From assembly GCA_965644495.1 (NCBI GenBank), contig CBFFSA010000001.1:992001-1056000 (forward strand): DNA of 64,000 bases. Direction: 5' to 3'. The notes under the pieces are model-generated. The model did not search any database. It worked only from the letters and a program-made list of their open reading frames with translations, and was not told the origin of the DNA. The translations under genes and the position numbers were made by a program. The DNA comes from Perkinsela sp. CCAP 1560/9 (lineage: Eukaryota > Protista > Euglenozoa: Kinetoplastea). Positions 45,421-56,572 of this stretch are shown here, one piece after another (the stretch's first letter is position 1; each line of letters starts with the position of its first letter).

Positions 45421-46074
45421 ATGGCCATTCTTTCTGCAGAAGACATTTTAGACAAGTCAAAGGCAGGGTCGCTCTTGAAGGTTAGAAATTTTAGCTTGTG
45501 GGGTCAGGAACTTGATAATATTGAAATTGTACAGGAATTACAAAACTTGGAAGTGTTGTCTTTAAGCGTAAACAAAGTGCACTCGCTCAGACCCCTTCGA
45601 AAGTGCAATCAGTTGAAGGAATTGTATCTTAGGAAGAATAACGTCTCCGATCTCGCCCAAGTGGCATATCTAAGCTCTCTTCCTCTACGTGTGTTGTGGC
45701 TGTGCGACAATCCATGCACGAAAAATGAAAATTACCGTTCGTTTACTATACGATGTTGTCCTTCTCTTCAGAAATTGGATAACATTGACGTTACCCCTGA
45801 GGAGAGGGAACATGCGAAAAATCTTACCTCCAGTGATATCATCAATATTCTTTCTTCATCATCAGATGTTCAAGTACCAGGTATTGATGGAACGAGTCCA
45901 CACGTTGACGTCGAGGCATTAAATACCACAGAGCAAAAGGCTCTTACCCCTACGGGTGAGCCGAAGCATGAACAACAGGCAATGTTTAATGCGATTATGA
46001 CATTATTCGATGAGCTCAATGTGGAAAATCGGGAACGTATGTTATCAAAGCTAAATGAGTCACACACAAAGTAG
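45421..46074 (+). CDS. CFAP410: CFAP410/C21orf2-like LRR protein
   Basis: VRNFSLWG, LEVLSLSVN, LKELYLRKN, LRVLWLCDNPC, LQKLDNIDVTPEER, short C-terminal helical domain. Confidence 0.85.
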   Translation: MAILSAEDILDKSKAGSLLKVRNFSLWGQELDNIEIVQELQNLEVLSLSVNKVHSLRPLRKCNQLKELYLRKNNVSDLAQVAYLSSLPLRVLWLCDNPCTKNENYRSFTIRCCPSLQKLDNIDVTPEEREHAKNLTSSDIINILSSSSDVQVPGIDGTSPHVDVEALNTTEQKALTPTGEPKHEQQAMFNAIMTLFDELNVENRERMLSKLNESHTK

Positions 46075-46504
46075 AAAACCTAAAATATGAGCACACTTTA
46101 CTTTTTTTATGTTGCGATGAGGCAAAAGAAGTTTTACAATTTATTAAGTTATAAACTTTCTTATATGCATGAGCGCATAGAGTCATGTGTAAAAGCATGA
46201 AAATAGCTAGATACGTAAATTTATGGGAGACTATGGGTACATGGAGTATAGATAATATGGGCGCTTTTAATACAAACTTCTCCTATTTGTGTAGTTCAAT
46301 CTTTAAAGTAGAGTTCCTGTGTTCTCTAACTTGATGGCTATGAATGCTATGCTTTATAAGTATGCAGCCTAAATTGTATTTTAAGTGGTGCAAACTGTTA
46401 AAGATCGTGAACTCTTTTCTACTGTTTTTCTATTTATGTTCAACTATTTAGCAGAGAAATACAGTATCTTCACCTGGCAAGTACAAAATTTGTAGTAGCG
46501 CAAA

Positions 46505-49500
46505 ATGGAAGAACTATTTCTTGAAAACGATTTTTCCGAGACTGCAACATCTTGCTTCGTAGGATTAGCACTTCGCAAACTTGCAAAGAGGGACAGTGTG
46601 ACAAAGTTAAGATCACTCAACGAAATCAGTGTATGTATTGCCCAGAGAAATGGGTCTCTACTTGAAAATGTTCAAAGTTTTTGTCTGGCCTACGAAGAGC
46701 ATTGGATGCATCCTCATCGTTTAGTAAGAAAACGTATACAACAAATTTTACACCAAATTTTAGAGTTCTCAGTTGAAGCAAAGCTGAAAGTAGCATCACA
46801 TATAAAACATATTATACTCGGGTGGATTGCCGCTCAATTCGATAAGGAAACTGAGGTTTGCGAAATCGCACGGTTGTCCTGGTCCATAGCGTTTAAGAGT
46901 GTTGAAAAGGCACATGTAGCTTTGACACATTTCGGCGTCCATATTCTTGCAACTGCTACTAGACTCTTTGAGGAACATACACCTCAGTATCTCAAGGAAA
47001 GAAACTCTATTAGCATTGATGAAATTGAAGCCTATTTGGATAATTTACGCAGCAGCATTATACGTGGGCTAAAAGTCGTAAACCAAGAAACTTCTTTGGG
47101 GTCCTCTCTAATGGAATTCTACTTGAACGTCAAGCAAAAGTGCGACATCGGCTTTGAGAGTAGGAGCTCTCTTTTGGAATTGCTCAGCACAATGATGATA
47201 CCTACGTCAAGTTCCGCCGTTGCGGACGCCACGCATCTTCTGAAAAATGCAGTACATAGTTACGAACTCGGGACTGAACTCCTGGTCTCAGCATCGAGTA
47301 TTACCATTCTCTCGCTCGCAATGGTATCACATCAAGATCTTTTTGAGAGTCTGCGTAACGCCATACCCTCACTTATTAGAATCACGGGTTTCGTAACGGA
47401 GGATCATTGTGCTCTGCTTGATTTTGTAGAAGATAAGCACACAGCCTTTCAAGTTACATGCGAAGAAATTTTAAGTTGGATAACTGCGATGGAACAGTAT
47501 GCGAGTCAGTGCACATCGAATAACAAGGACATCTGTCTGAAAGCGTGTGAAAACATTGTTTCGTACAGTTCATCACTTCATAATCGAGAACTATGGATTC
47601 TGCTGGTGTCCTCTTATGCCTCTAAAATCATACATGATTTCGCATTTCTAGGCGGAAACATCTCATCAAGTACTTCAAGGCACGTTTTTGGACTTTGTGA
47701 GATCATATTGAGATCTCAGAGAAATCTATTCAGTGATGAAGTGGGAAACTCTGTTGAAGATGTTATCTTAAAATGTTGCGCTCCTTTTGATCTCTCTTCC
47801 TCTGAAATTTGTTCTAAAAATAGCGATCTCGATGGTATGGTACTATCTAGGTGCGTCAAAGTGATTTCTTCGCTGTTAAGTGAATGTTCGCACAAAGCTG
47901 TACCCAACAGTAAAATCCGTGATATTGGTATTTCGATTTTGGGGGACGAGGTTTTGTACCAAAATACTGCTGACTTGATAAGTGTTCTTTTTGCCAAGCC
48001 TACTTTCCTAGACTCAAGTTCGTTTCAAGATCTCTCTGTAGAATCAGTTCGGTTATTCTCCGAACTAAGTGCGAAAGAATTACCTTCAGTCACAGAAAAA
48101 CAAAGATCACATGTGCTACTCGACTTAGCATTCGCCTCTGTGAAAAGCAAGACGGATCTTCTCGCTAAAATAAAATCTTTTTCCGTCTTTCATTGCTTAA
48201 TGATTTTTCAAAAAGACAATACAATTGATATGGCGAAGGAAGTAATATTGGAAGCATTGGATGAAGGAGATATCGAACGGAACGTTTTGCTTGGAGTACA
48301 TCCATATCTCAAGCAAAATCCTTCTGGTGAAGCCTCATGGGCTTCCATCCAAGCTAGTTTTTTTCGCGCAGCCTTAACTTCAAAAAACGTTTCCGCCGCA
48401 AGTACACTAGTTGATGATATTATGACCCAAATCAAACCTGAGCACAAGAATATTTTGTTGGAGGTGCTTGAAACAAAATACTGCTGTCTTTCTTCAGAGC
48501 AAATAGAACGGCTTGTCGAGCGATGTTTCTGCACCCATGAGCTTGGAGAGATTGTCACGACATCCGTCGATAGTCTATCGATCGTGCGAATCCAGGATGA
48601 AGCCTTAATGTTCTGGCCGCTGACGACGAGTACAGTATCGGAGATGCCTGTTCATACGGAACCGGTCAGAAGAAAGCTGGGGCGCATATGTGGTGTTCTA
48701 GAGAAAAACGTAACCAAGGAGAATGCGTCAATTCTATTGTCTCTTGTTCCCTATCGAAGTCACCTTTTTCCTTCAAAAGGTATGGGTCCACTACTAGCTT
48801 ACCTTGACAAGCTTTGCTCTGTTGATATTAAAACCTTCTTGCATGCTAATTTATTCATTAATGAAGATCCTCTGATACTTGTGTGGATGTTTAGAAATCT
48901 TTCTCTCCATGACTGGCACAACTCAATCGCACGTCACTTTTGGGAGATGCGTAAACACAAGGAGTATGGTGCAATCCTTGACTTGATCAGCAGATTTTCT
49001 ACTATGAGCTCCTATATCTCGGATCAAACTTTGTTAACTCAGATTGCAACTGAAAATGAGCAATGGCTCGGAAATGGAGCCAAAATACGACAATTTACAC
49101 GCGCGATTAATACTTACAAAACGCGCATAGAGTCTTTGGACGGTCTCGGAGTGCGATTGCTGCGTCATAGTCGAAATTTTAATGTGCAAGACTGGAATTC
49201 TTGTAGCAAACAAGCGCTTCACTATATCTCTTGTCTAGAAGCATTCGTCGGACTTCAAAATGCTGTAGGAGTTTGCGCCAGACATCACGATGCCCATCTT
49301 TTAGATCTTTTATTCAGAATGCACAACGCATTTCTGAGTGTGAATCGTGCACATTCCTTTGATGGATTCGTTTCTGAATGTGATGAAACGTACTCTTGCT
49401 TGGTGTACATATCTTGTGAATGCATCATCACATTGAGCACGAAGGAAGATTTATTCACAAAATCAATATCGAATCGACGTACTGCTGCTTTCATAATGGT

Positions 49501-50818
49501 TTGCACGCTTTACTTTCTAGCAGTGTATTCTTTGGGATTAGCAACGACACTAGAATGGTATACTCGGCGAAGAATAGCTGGTGCCATTAGCATGTGTTCC
49601 AGCGTACTTGTCTCTGATTCGCTTTTGGGGTGTATGAGTTCTGTGTGGCACGAAATGCCTTGGATGGTGTCGAACTACCTTCAAGGCTTGAAACATCGAA
49701 TGTTAAAATGGGAGTTAGAGGACGAGCGTTCAGTCGAAGATATCGAGGTGCATTTTCTAATGATTTTTTCTTTGTTTCAAACAAAGCCTATCATGCTAAA
49801 TTCGGACGGATCGTTGTCAGAATGTTCGGACATGTTGCAACGGCTACTCGAAACTGTTCCTTTCGCTGAAGAAATTCGATTCTCTTCGCCTCAAGAAGTT
49901 AAAAGCGCTTTTCAGTCAATTCTGAACACTGATATTTTGCATGTATATCTGGTGATTTGGCTGCTTTTCTTAAAATGGATAGAAGACGAACATAGAACAT
50001 CGTGTCGCGAGGCAATGGTTTCTTACTTGGAGAGATTTGACTTTACTTTGCTAGTTAAACTCTTACTCATACTCACGTCACATAGGGATTCTACCCAAGC
50101 GGTCGAATTTTTCTCTCACACGACAGGAATGCGAAAATATTTTACTCCCGATATTTCTCTGGGTGAACTAAGTTCTTTTGTGTTGTACCGTTTCGCCAAA
50201 GTGCTTCCGTTGTCATTACGTTCATGGTATACAGATCTTCCCTCACACATACAAAGTTATTTGCGCTCTACCATTCGTTCGGTCTGTTCTCCGATACTTA
50301 TCACGCAGGAGCTTTCCCACGTACGGTCTCAACTTCTTGATACTTCTCATGCTTTGGAAAACACAACCATTCGCGTGTTTACGGAAGCGGTTGTCGTGAT
50401 CTTTGAAGCGGACGGCCAGAAGGTTGAGATACGGTTTGAATATCCAGAAATCTATCCACTTCAGCCTCTGAAGGCGACAGTGATGAATATGGATACTCAC
50501 CGCGTTCTCGTCGGGGTTCGCAGAGAGGTGCTAAGAAAGTGGTTGCTTCGGATTAGCGTAGCTCTTGTCTCGAAGAGTATGTCTCTGTGGGACATTATTG
50601 AGCTGTGGACATCGAATCTTCGGAAACACTTTGACGGTGTGGAACCATGTCCTATATGTTACGCAGTTGTACACTCTGAGTCCCGCACTCTTCCGGAGCT
50701 TTCCTGTAAGGTTTGCACCCATTCAATGTTCCATCGCCGGTGTCTGATAGATTGGTTTCAGAAAAGTACTTTACGCACTTGTCCAACATGCCGTAGTCCA
50801 TGGGGCTCAAAGGTCTAA
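46505..50818 (+). CDS. LTN1: E3 ubiquitin ligase listerin
   Basis: N-terminal LRKLAKRDSVTKLRSL, RWD-like YPEIYPL, C-terminal RING FDGVEPCPICYAVVH...FHRRCLIDWF...CPTCR. Confidence 0.92.
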   Translation: MEELFLENDFSETATSCFVGLALRKLAKRDSVTKLRSLNEISVCIAQRNGSLLENVQSFCLAYEEHWMHPHRLVRKRIQQILHQILEFSVEAKLKVASHIKHIILGWIAAQFDKETEVCEIARLSWSIAFKSVEKAHVALTHFGVHILATATRLFEEHTPQYLKERNSISIDEIEAYLDNLRSSIIRGLKVVNQETSLGSSLMEFYLNVKQKCDIGFESRSSLLELLSTMMIPTSSSAVADATHLLKNAVHSYELGTELLVSASSITILSLAMVSHQDLFESLRNAIPSLIRITGFVTEDHCALLDFVEDKHTAFQVTCEEILSWITAMEQYASQCTSNNKDICLKACENIVSYSSSLHNRELWILLVSSYASKIIHDFAFLGGNISSSTSRHVFGLCEIILRSQRNLFSDEVGNSVEDVILKCCAPFDLSSSEICSKNSDLDGMVLSRCVKVISSLLSECSHKAVPNSKIRDIGISILGDEVLYQNTADLISVLFAKPTFLDSSSFQDLSVESVRLFSELSAKELPSVTEKQRSHVLLDLAFASVKSKTDLLAKIKSFSVFHCLMIFQKDNTIDMAKEVILEALDEGDIERNVLLGVHPYLKQNPSGEASWASIQASFFRAALTSKNVSAASTLVDDIMTQIKPEHKNILLEVLETKYCCLSSEQIERLVERCFCTHELGEIVTTSVDSLSIVRIQDEALMFWPLTTSTVSEMPVHTEPVRRKLGRICGVLEKNVTKENASILLSLVPYRSHLFPSKGMGPLLAYLDKLCSVDIKTFLHANLFINEDPLILVWMFRNLSLHDWHNSIARHFWEMRKHKEYGAILDLISRFSTMSSYISDQTLLTQIATENEQWLGNGAKIRQFTRAINTYKTRIESLDGLGVRLLRHSRNFNVQDWNSCSKQALHYISCLEAFVGLQNAVGVCARHHDAHLLDLLFRMHNAFLSVNRAHSFDGFVSECDETYSCLVYISCECIITLSTKEDLFTKSISNRRTAAFIMVCTLYFLAVYSLGLATTLEWYTRRRIAGAISMCSSVLVSDSLLGCMSSVWHEMPWMVSNYLQGLKHRMLKWELEDERSVEDIEVHFLMIFSLFQTKPIMLNSDGSLSECSDMLQRLLETVPFAEEIRFSSPQEVKSAFQSILNTDILHVYLVIWLLFLKWIEDEHRTSCREAMVSYLERFDFTLLVKLLLILTSHRDSTQAVEFFSHTTGMRKYFTPDISLGELSSFVLYRFAKVLPLSLRSWYTDLPSHIQSYLRSTIRSVCSPILITQELSHVRSQLLDTSHALENTTIRVFTEAVVVIFEADGQKVEIRFEYPEIYPLQPLKATVMNMDTHRVLVGVRREVLRKWLLRISVALVSKSMSLWDIIELWTSNLRKHFDGVEPCPICYAVVHSESRTLPELSCKVCTHSMFHRRCLIDWFQKSTLRTCPTCRSPWGSKV

Positions 50819-51008
50819 TCACTTATTGTTGGTTAAGGAATAAGGGACTCGGTTGTCTTCCCACACACAAGAAATAGGAATAGAGGCCCATGCCTCGTAG
50901 ACGAAACAAGTAACAAAGGGAATTAGGTACTTCAAACTAAAACTGAAAACCATCATGTTTTTATTTTTAAAATGCTTTCGACATCTTTACGTTTTCTATC
51001 CTTTTAAT

Positions 51009-52328
51009 ATGTCGCATGTGAGCTTATTCGAACGTTTTGCTGCACATCGGGATCTCCAAAGCGATCCCGCGCTTGAGGGAGATGACACTCTGCCGACTCC
51101 CCCCATTACAGAAAAAGTCAAAGCGCAACTGGCTACGCTATCTGACAAACTTTTTCAATCAAAAACTAATGTACAGGACACTTCTTTTCACGATGAAGAT
51201 GAGTGCAATAAGCTCACAACGAATCTTACTAGAGATGAGCGCCGCAAAGCTCCATGGATCACGTCAAGTTACTCAAAAGACAAGTGGGTAGCTCTGCATC
51301 AAGAACTCATTGATTTCGTACGATACATTCGTCCTACGGAGGCCGAAACAGGTGTCCGAAAGCACATAGTTGATACGGTCTCAAAAATCTGCAAAAAGCT
51401 GTGGCCCGAAAGTGTCACGCAAGCGTTTGGTAGTCTGAAAACAAAACTTCTCCTTCCAATGAGTGACGTTGATTTGTGTATCAGCAATGTAACTGCACCT
51501 GTCAACGAGGCTCTGGCGGACCTTGCTGACGAGATTAAGGCAGCAAAACTTTGTGAGCATGTGGCTCCCGAACTAATCTTGAATACTCGTGTGCCAATCG
51601 TTCGCTACCGAGACGCACTTACTAGTTTCAGTATTGATATTAGCATAAATTCAGAAGAAGGACTAGCGAACACAGAGATCATTCGTGAAATGCTTCGGGC
51701 ATATCCAGCGTCCTACCCGCTCATTATTTTTCTCAAATATTTTCTTCAACGACGACGAATGAACGAAACTTATTATGGTGGTCTTGGTAGTTATGCCACG
51801 GCACTATTAGTCGTTAGTTTTCTGCAGCACCATCCATACAACTTACTTCCTCCCTCTCAACGCCGAAGAGTAACGCTTGGTATGTTGCTCGTTGATTTGC
51901 TACGCTACTACGGAAGTTATTGCAATTTCATAAATGTAGGTATTCGTATTGCAAAAGGCGGTTCGCTGATAAAGAAGACAGACGACTCAAATCGCGGACC
52001 ACTCATTCGAGATCCGTGCAATGAAGATAATAATGCCGCGTCCGCGACTCGTTACTTTTCATCCATTTGTCGTAGTTTTGAATCAGGTTTCGTTTTTCTT
52101 ATGTCTGAAGAAGCTCCACCAGAGCTGCCCGACGTAGAGTTAAACGAAAACAAGATTCCAATGAAAACATCGAAAGGAGTTACAAGAAAACGGTCTTCAA
52201 AAATATCTCCTTTATACAGTCGACTCGGTCGACTAGTGTGGATTACAGATGTAGAAATGGAGCATCGACGCCGTATAGAGATGATATACAAAACAATAAA
52301 GTCGAAAAAAGTATCAAAAGCAGAATAA
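51009..52328 (+). CDS. Non-canonical poly(A) polymerase, TRF4/PAPD5 family
   Basis: LHQELIDF, FGSLKTKLLLPMSDVD, RVPIV, DIS, GGLGSYA, IRDP. Confidence 0.92.
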   Translation: MSHVSLFERFAAHRDLQSDPALEGDDTLPTPPITEKVKAQLATLSDKLFQSKTNVQDTSFHDEDECNKLTTNLTRDERRKAPWITSSYSKDKWVALHQELIDFVRYIRPTEAETGVRKHIVDTVSKICKKLWPESVTQAFGSLKTKLLLPMSDVDLCISNVTAPVNEALADLADEIKAAKLCEHVAPELILNTRVPIVRYRDALTSFSIDISINSEEGLANTEIIREMLRAYPASYPLIIFLKYFLQRRRMNETYYGGLGSYATALLVVSFLQHHPYNLLPPSQRRRVTLGMLLVDLLRYYGSYCNFINVGIRIAKGGSLIKKTDDSNRGPLIRDPCNEDNNAASATRYFSSICRSFESGFVFLMSEEAPPELPDVELNENKIPMKTSKGVTRKRSSKISPLYSRLGRLVWITDVEMEHRRRIEMIYKTIKSKKVSKAE

Positions 52329-53141
52329 GAGAATCTGCCTGCAAAAGATATCCGAAAAAGGCATTATTCTCTCATCTTTATCACGATTGCAATTGGGTCA
52401 TCGATATCGAAAGTGAAATCTAAATGAGCGGTTAGTTTACTGTGAATATACTGCATTCACAACGCGGTATCCAAAATACAAGGCTCTAAAATAGTTATAG
52501 AGCATAAACAAATGTGCAGTAGTCTGTAACTACTGATCCACTCTCGATTACTATGAATTAGACAGCATGCAAGAAAATACAGGAAACATGGCGAAGAAAA
52601 ATGACGAATGCATACAGATGCATGTGTGCATACAGAATACATACACATGTGTGAGATAAATGCATATCATACATACAGGTAGGTATGTGTAAAAAGGTTA
52701 AAAATACTAATACTAGGATGGGAAAAGTGATACCTCTACACTCCCTTTGGTCTAAATCAGATATCCACTGCGAAAAATAGAACAATGGTACTTCAAAAAC
52801 TCGGAACACTTGAAAGCCACGGATTGGGCGGAACCGTCGAGAGGAATGTTTTTCTCGTCCGAAGAGTCTTTTGCTGTTCCAGCGATCGTCCGGAGCAATT
52901 TTTACGTTCCTCCACAATTTAACAAGTGTCCCATTGGTAGTTGCAAATTTTGAAATTATTTTACCTCCATTTTTCGACCCAATTCATTGTCTTATATGAT
53001 ATTGTATCCGACGACATGTAAGGAAGTTGATTTTCTGCTAAGTCAACCCCGCAGTTCAGCCGTCCTCACCCGCCCATCTCTTACTCACCCTCACCCACAC
53101 AACCTCCCAGGTCAGCCAGCCCCCGAGCTAAATCTCTAATA

Positions 53142-53285
53142 CTTGGGGTCAGCACAAAAGGGGCCAAATCTCTTTATTTCCCTATATACGATATCCTGGA
53201 CATACCCCAGTACGATTAGGTGGTACCGGTATTACCGTCGACCCCCCAGTAAAAGAGATTTGTTCCTCTTTGGGCTGACCCCCAG
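53142..53285. mobile_element. TA-flanked MITE-like element with imperfect TIRs of about 32 bp; related half copy at 55139-55181
   Basis: TA|CTTGGGGTCAGC...GCTGACCCCCAG|TA. Confidence 0.6.
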
Positions 53286-53606
53286 TAAGAAAGATTTGAT
53301 TCGGGAGACCCACAGGAGGTTTATAGGGAGTAGGTGGTGGGTGTCCGCATGTTGGGGGCCTCAGGGGTAACCCAAATAAGCGTTTTAACACGTTTTCGGG
53401 AGAAAAAACGTGGAAAAGAAAAAGAAACTTTGTCAGAAAAGTTGAGAGAAAGGAGAAATTTGGCCCAAAAAGCATACCCCCCAGAAAGAGAATTTTGACC
53501 CAAAGCACATTTTCTTACTAGGGGTCTACGGTTTGGTTTTTAATATCCCATTTTTCTTATATTCAGTCCTGACTTTGATTCTTACGTTGCAGAAGAAGAA
53601 ATATAC

Positions 53607-55031
53607 ATGCGTTTTACCTCCGTAGATGAAAGCGTCCTGTCCTTAGAAGAGTCCTCCTTCTACGTACACACTTCTTATGCAGGTTGCTGGGTTGCTCTTA
53701 ATGAGGTATCACGTGCCATTTTGCAGTTAGAGCGAGAGACCGGAGAACGATACGAATCGATTTGGGCAGTAGGTTCTCAGGCTGTATATGTGGCGGAGTA
53801 TTTGGAGCAGCTTCATCAAGTCGATGCATTCGACAAAGTTCGGAAAGGGAAGAAGGAAGACAGCAACAATGTAGAGACTCGGGACACCGGACATCGAGGA
53901 GAAACTTGCCGATCGTCAACGCTCCTCGTAGTGGATCGCTGTTTGGATATGTATACGTTCCTAAGAGATCCTAATACTTACCTTGCTTCCTTACATGAGA
54001 GCATGGTTACCGAGGATTTTCCCAAACATTTGACATCCAAAGTCCATGGGCTGACGAGTAGTACGTTACTTCCAAAGGTAGCCAAAATAAAGACATCTCA
54101 ATGCAGAACACTTTTTGCCGATCTCCGTGATCTTAATATTACCGCAGTTCCTCAAGTTTTGGAAAACGCATGTGTGGACATCAAATCTTCCTTTCGGCCA
54201 GAGAAATTTCAATCAGAAATTGCCGCATTGCGTGATTTTGTACAGGTCGTTCCTGCGTGGCAACAGTATAAAGAAGAATTAGAAGTGCATACAAAATTAT
54301 TTCAAAGCATTCTAGATAAGAGAGAACGAAATAATTCATTTCAGTTCGCTTCACAAGATTTCATTGATTGGCGTAGGCTAGAGGATGTACTACTAGCGAC
54401 AAAATCCCTAGGTGAGTCACTTCGGTTACTTTCGCTGGTTTACTTGAACTCCTCAAATTGGACAACCGAATTATACGACAAAAGTATTCACCTTCTTACA
54501 CGCCGCTTCTGCACGCCACATGTAATCAGCAGTGTACAAAGGATGGAAAAACTCCTTCTGCTACGGCGCAACAGAGAGGGAATACCGCATTGGATGGCAG
54601 AAAGGAACAGTAAAACACTACTTTCTTCACAAACCCGGTTTGCGCAATGGGTACAAGGACAAAAGAATCAATCTCAAGATGCGAAGTGCTCATTCACACA
54701 ACATGAAGACGATACCACGTTTAGTCTACTTCTTAGTATGCTGCGCGCATCTCTTGCTGGGTTATCCGAATTGAATAAATTCCTTGATTGCATCATTCCT
54801 ACCATTTCTAGAAATTTTAATACCAATCTTGAAGAAACAAATAACGAAAGCGCCATGAATGTAACAATACTTTTTTTAGGGGGGCTCTCTTGGGAAGAGC
54901 TCGCTTTAATTCGTACCTTATCAGAGGATGGGCAAAAGCTTTTTCCTAGGATTCGAATTCTCACAACTTCGATGTTTACAGCTCCTGGATTTATCAAAAC
55001 AATAACGGATTATTCGCCACCAACACTATAA
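53607..55031 (+). CDS. Sec1/Munc18 family protein, Vps33-like (appears short at the N-terminus)
   Basis: DESVLSLE, LLVVDRCLD...TY...LHE, LFADLRDLN, ILFLGGLSWEELALIR, ILTT. Confidence 0.8.
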   Translation: MRFTSVDESVLSLEESSFYVHTSYAGCWVALNEVSRAILQLERETGERYESIWAVGSQAVYVAEYLEQLHQVDAFDKVRKGKKEDSNNVETRDTGHRGETCRSSTLLVVDRCLDMYTFLRDPNTYLASLHESMVTEDFPKHLTSKVHGLTSSTLLPKVAKIKTSQCRTLFADLRDLNITAVPQVLENACVDIKSSFRPEKFQSEIAALRDFVQVVPAWQQYKEELEVHTKLFQSILDKRERNNSFQFASQDFIDWRRLEDVLLATKSLGESLRLLSLVYLNSSNWTTELYDKSIHLLTRRFCTPHVISSVQRMEKLLLLRRNREGIPHWMAERNSKTLLSSQTRFAQWVQGQKNQSQDAKCSFTQHEDDTTFSLLLSMLRASLAGLSELNKFLDCIIPTISRNFNTNLEETNNESAMNVTILFLGGLSWEELALIRTLSEDGQKLFPRIRILTTSMFTAPGFIKTITDYSPPTL

Positions 55032-55290
55032 TGTTTGCCTTACGTGCAATGTACCATACGAGTCTGTGGTAATCTTAGTTTTCAGAAATTTTCACTTGCC
55101 TTTTTATCTACCGTATGCCCCTCAGTAATAGACCCGCCCCCCCAGTAACAGAGATTCGGCCCTTTTGGGGCTGACCCCCAGTAACAAGTTTTAAATACTT
55201 GTCTGAGCCAAATACTATTTGGTTCGGGAGGGTGGTTGGAGGGGGCAGGGGGTGTTTGGGTGGATGGGGGTGCTTGAGCGGGGTGAGGGT

Positions 55291-55385
55291 GATTACGATG
55301 GCGTAGTTATGATGGAGTTATGGTGATTACGATGGCGTAGGGTGATTACGATGGCGTAGTTATGATGGCGAATGGCGTAGTTGCG
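55291..55385. repeat. Imperfect tandem repeat (GATTACGATGGCGTAG / TTATGATGG)
   Basis: Directly visible repeats. Confidence 0.7.
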
Positions 55386-55905
55386 GGGATGGCAGGACAG
55401 AAAATCAACGCACCCATGAACAAAACGGGATAGACTATCCAATGCTGAAACAATGAACAAAAACGGATAAAAAAGCAAAATAAAAAAAGGTAATTGAGCG
55501 GAAAAATGTAAACAATTGTCTCTTTTCCAGAAAATGATCTAAAAAAGCATATTTTTTCATGGGGGATATCAGGGGGTCCCTACAAAAAAAGCGACAAACC
55601 ACCAATGCTGCAAAAATAAACAAAAAAACAAACAAAACTGAAACTAAATAAACAAAACTGGTACCGTAGGGGCGTGCGCTAATGGGCTCGGGGGCGGACA
55701 ACAAAAAAAAATGTGAGATAGGTATGGATTCGGAACATTCATCCGAATCCGGCGATCAAAACCCAACTTCGTGACCGTGCCGCTGTCGGCACATGCCCGC
55801 GCCTGCGCCCTCCCGTATAACAAGGGAAGGGTTCCCAAGCCAGGCCGTGGAGAGGTCGAGAGACCCGGTCCGAAGCGCGCATTGCTGGAAGAAGGGGTGG
55901 AGCAC

Positions 55906-56075
55906 GCGCGGATGGATTCTTGGGGGGCAGTGAGGGAAAGAAGAGGGCAAAGTTTGAAAGGCGCGGATGGATGCTCGGGGAGGGGGAAGTGAGGGAAAGA
56001 AGCGGGTGAAGTCGGGAAGTCGCGGATGGTTGCTTGGGGGGGGGGATAAGGAAGAGAAGCGGGCGAAGTAAAGTA
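55906..56075. repeat. Three purine-rich copies of a 55-59-bp unit (CGCGGATGG...GGGG...AGAAG)
   Basis: Units start near 55906, 55961 and 56020. Confidence 0.7.
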
Positions 56076-56204
56076 AGTAGGAAAGTAAGTAAGAAAGTGA
56101 TACCGTACATTCATAGAAAGTTAGAACTCATACTCTTCCCCCCCTATTATCTGCAAAAAAAAATGATAAAGATAACGATAACGATAAAGATACATTATCA
56201 CAGA

Positions 56205-56277
56205 CTTCATAAACACGCTTGTCACCGGTCTCAAGCCCGGCGTCGTCTTCTTAACAAGACGAAGTGTGAGGGTGAAG
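56205..56277 (+). ncRNA. Twister self-cleaving ribozyme (type P1 with a P5 hairpin)
   Basis: P1 CTTCA/TGAAG; U^AA; P2 ACAC/GTGT; GC (T2); P4 CCGG/CCGG with loop TCTCAAGC; P5 TCGTCTT/AAGACGA; GA-GGG (catalytic G, T1 with CUC). Confidence 0.9.
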
Positions 56278-56572
56278 AATGTCATTGTACGATAAAGTAC
56301 GATTTTTTAATATCTATTCATCTCTTCGTTTGTTGAACATACAGGTTTGTTGAACAAACACACTATATAATCATTGGTTCTGATCCAAAGATAGGATATA
56401 CATATTTTATTTACATGTTGACATTCCATGTGGGACCGAGCCTGGCACCACATTCGTGATTTTATTCCGGTTCGTTTTAGCCCTGATCGGGGAAAACATA
56501 CCGTTCGCGCCAAATTGCACTACCCCGAGGACCTTTGTGACTCACGGTGGACGATTATTATTATTATTATTA

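Noticed and set aside
55815-55856. Additional twister ribozyme (TCCCAAGC loop-like)
   Set aside because: P4, P2 and P1 cannot be formed
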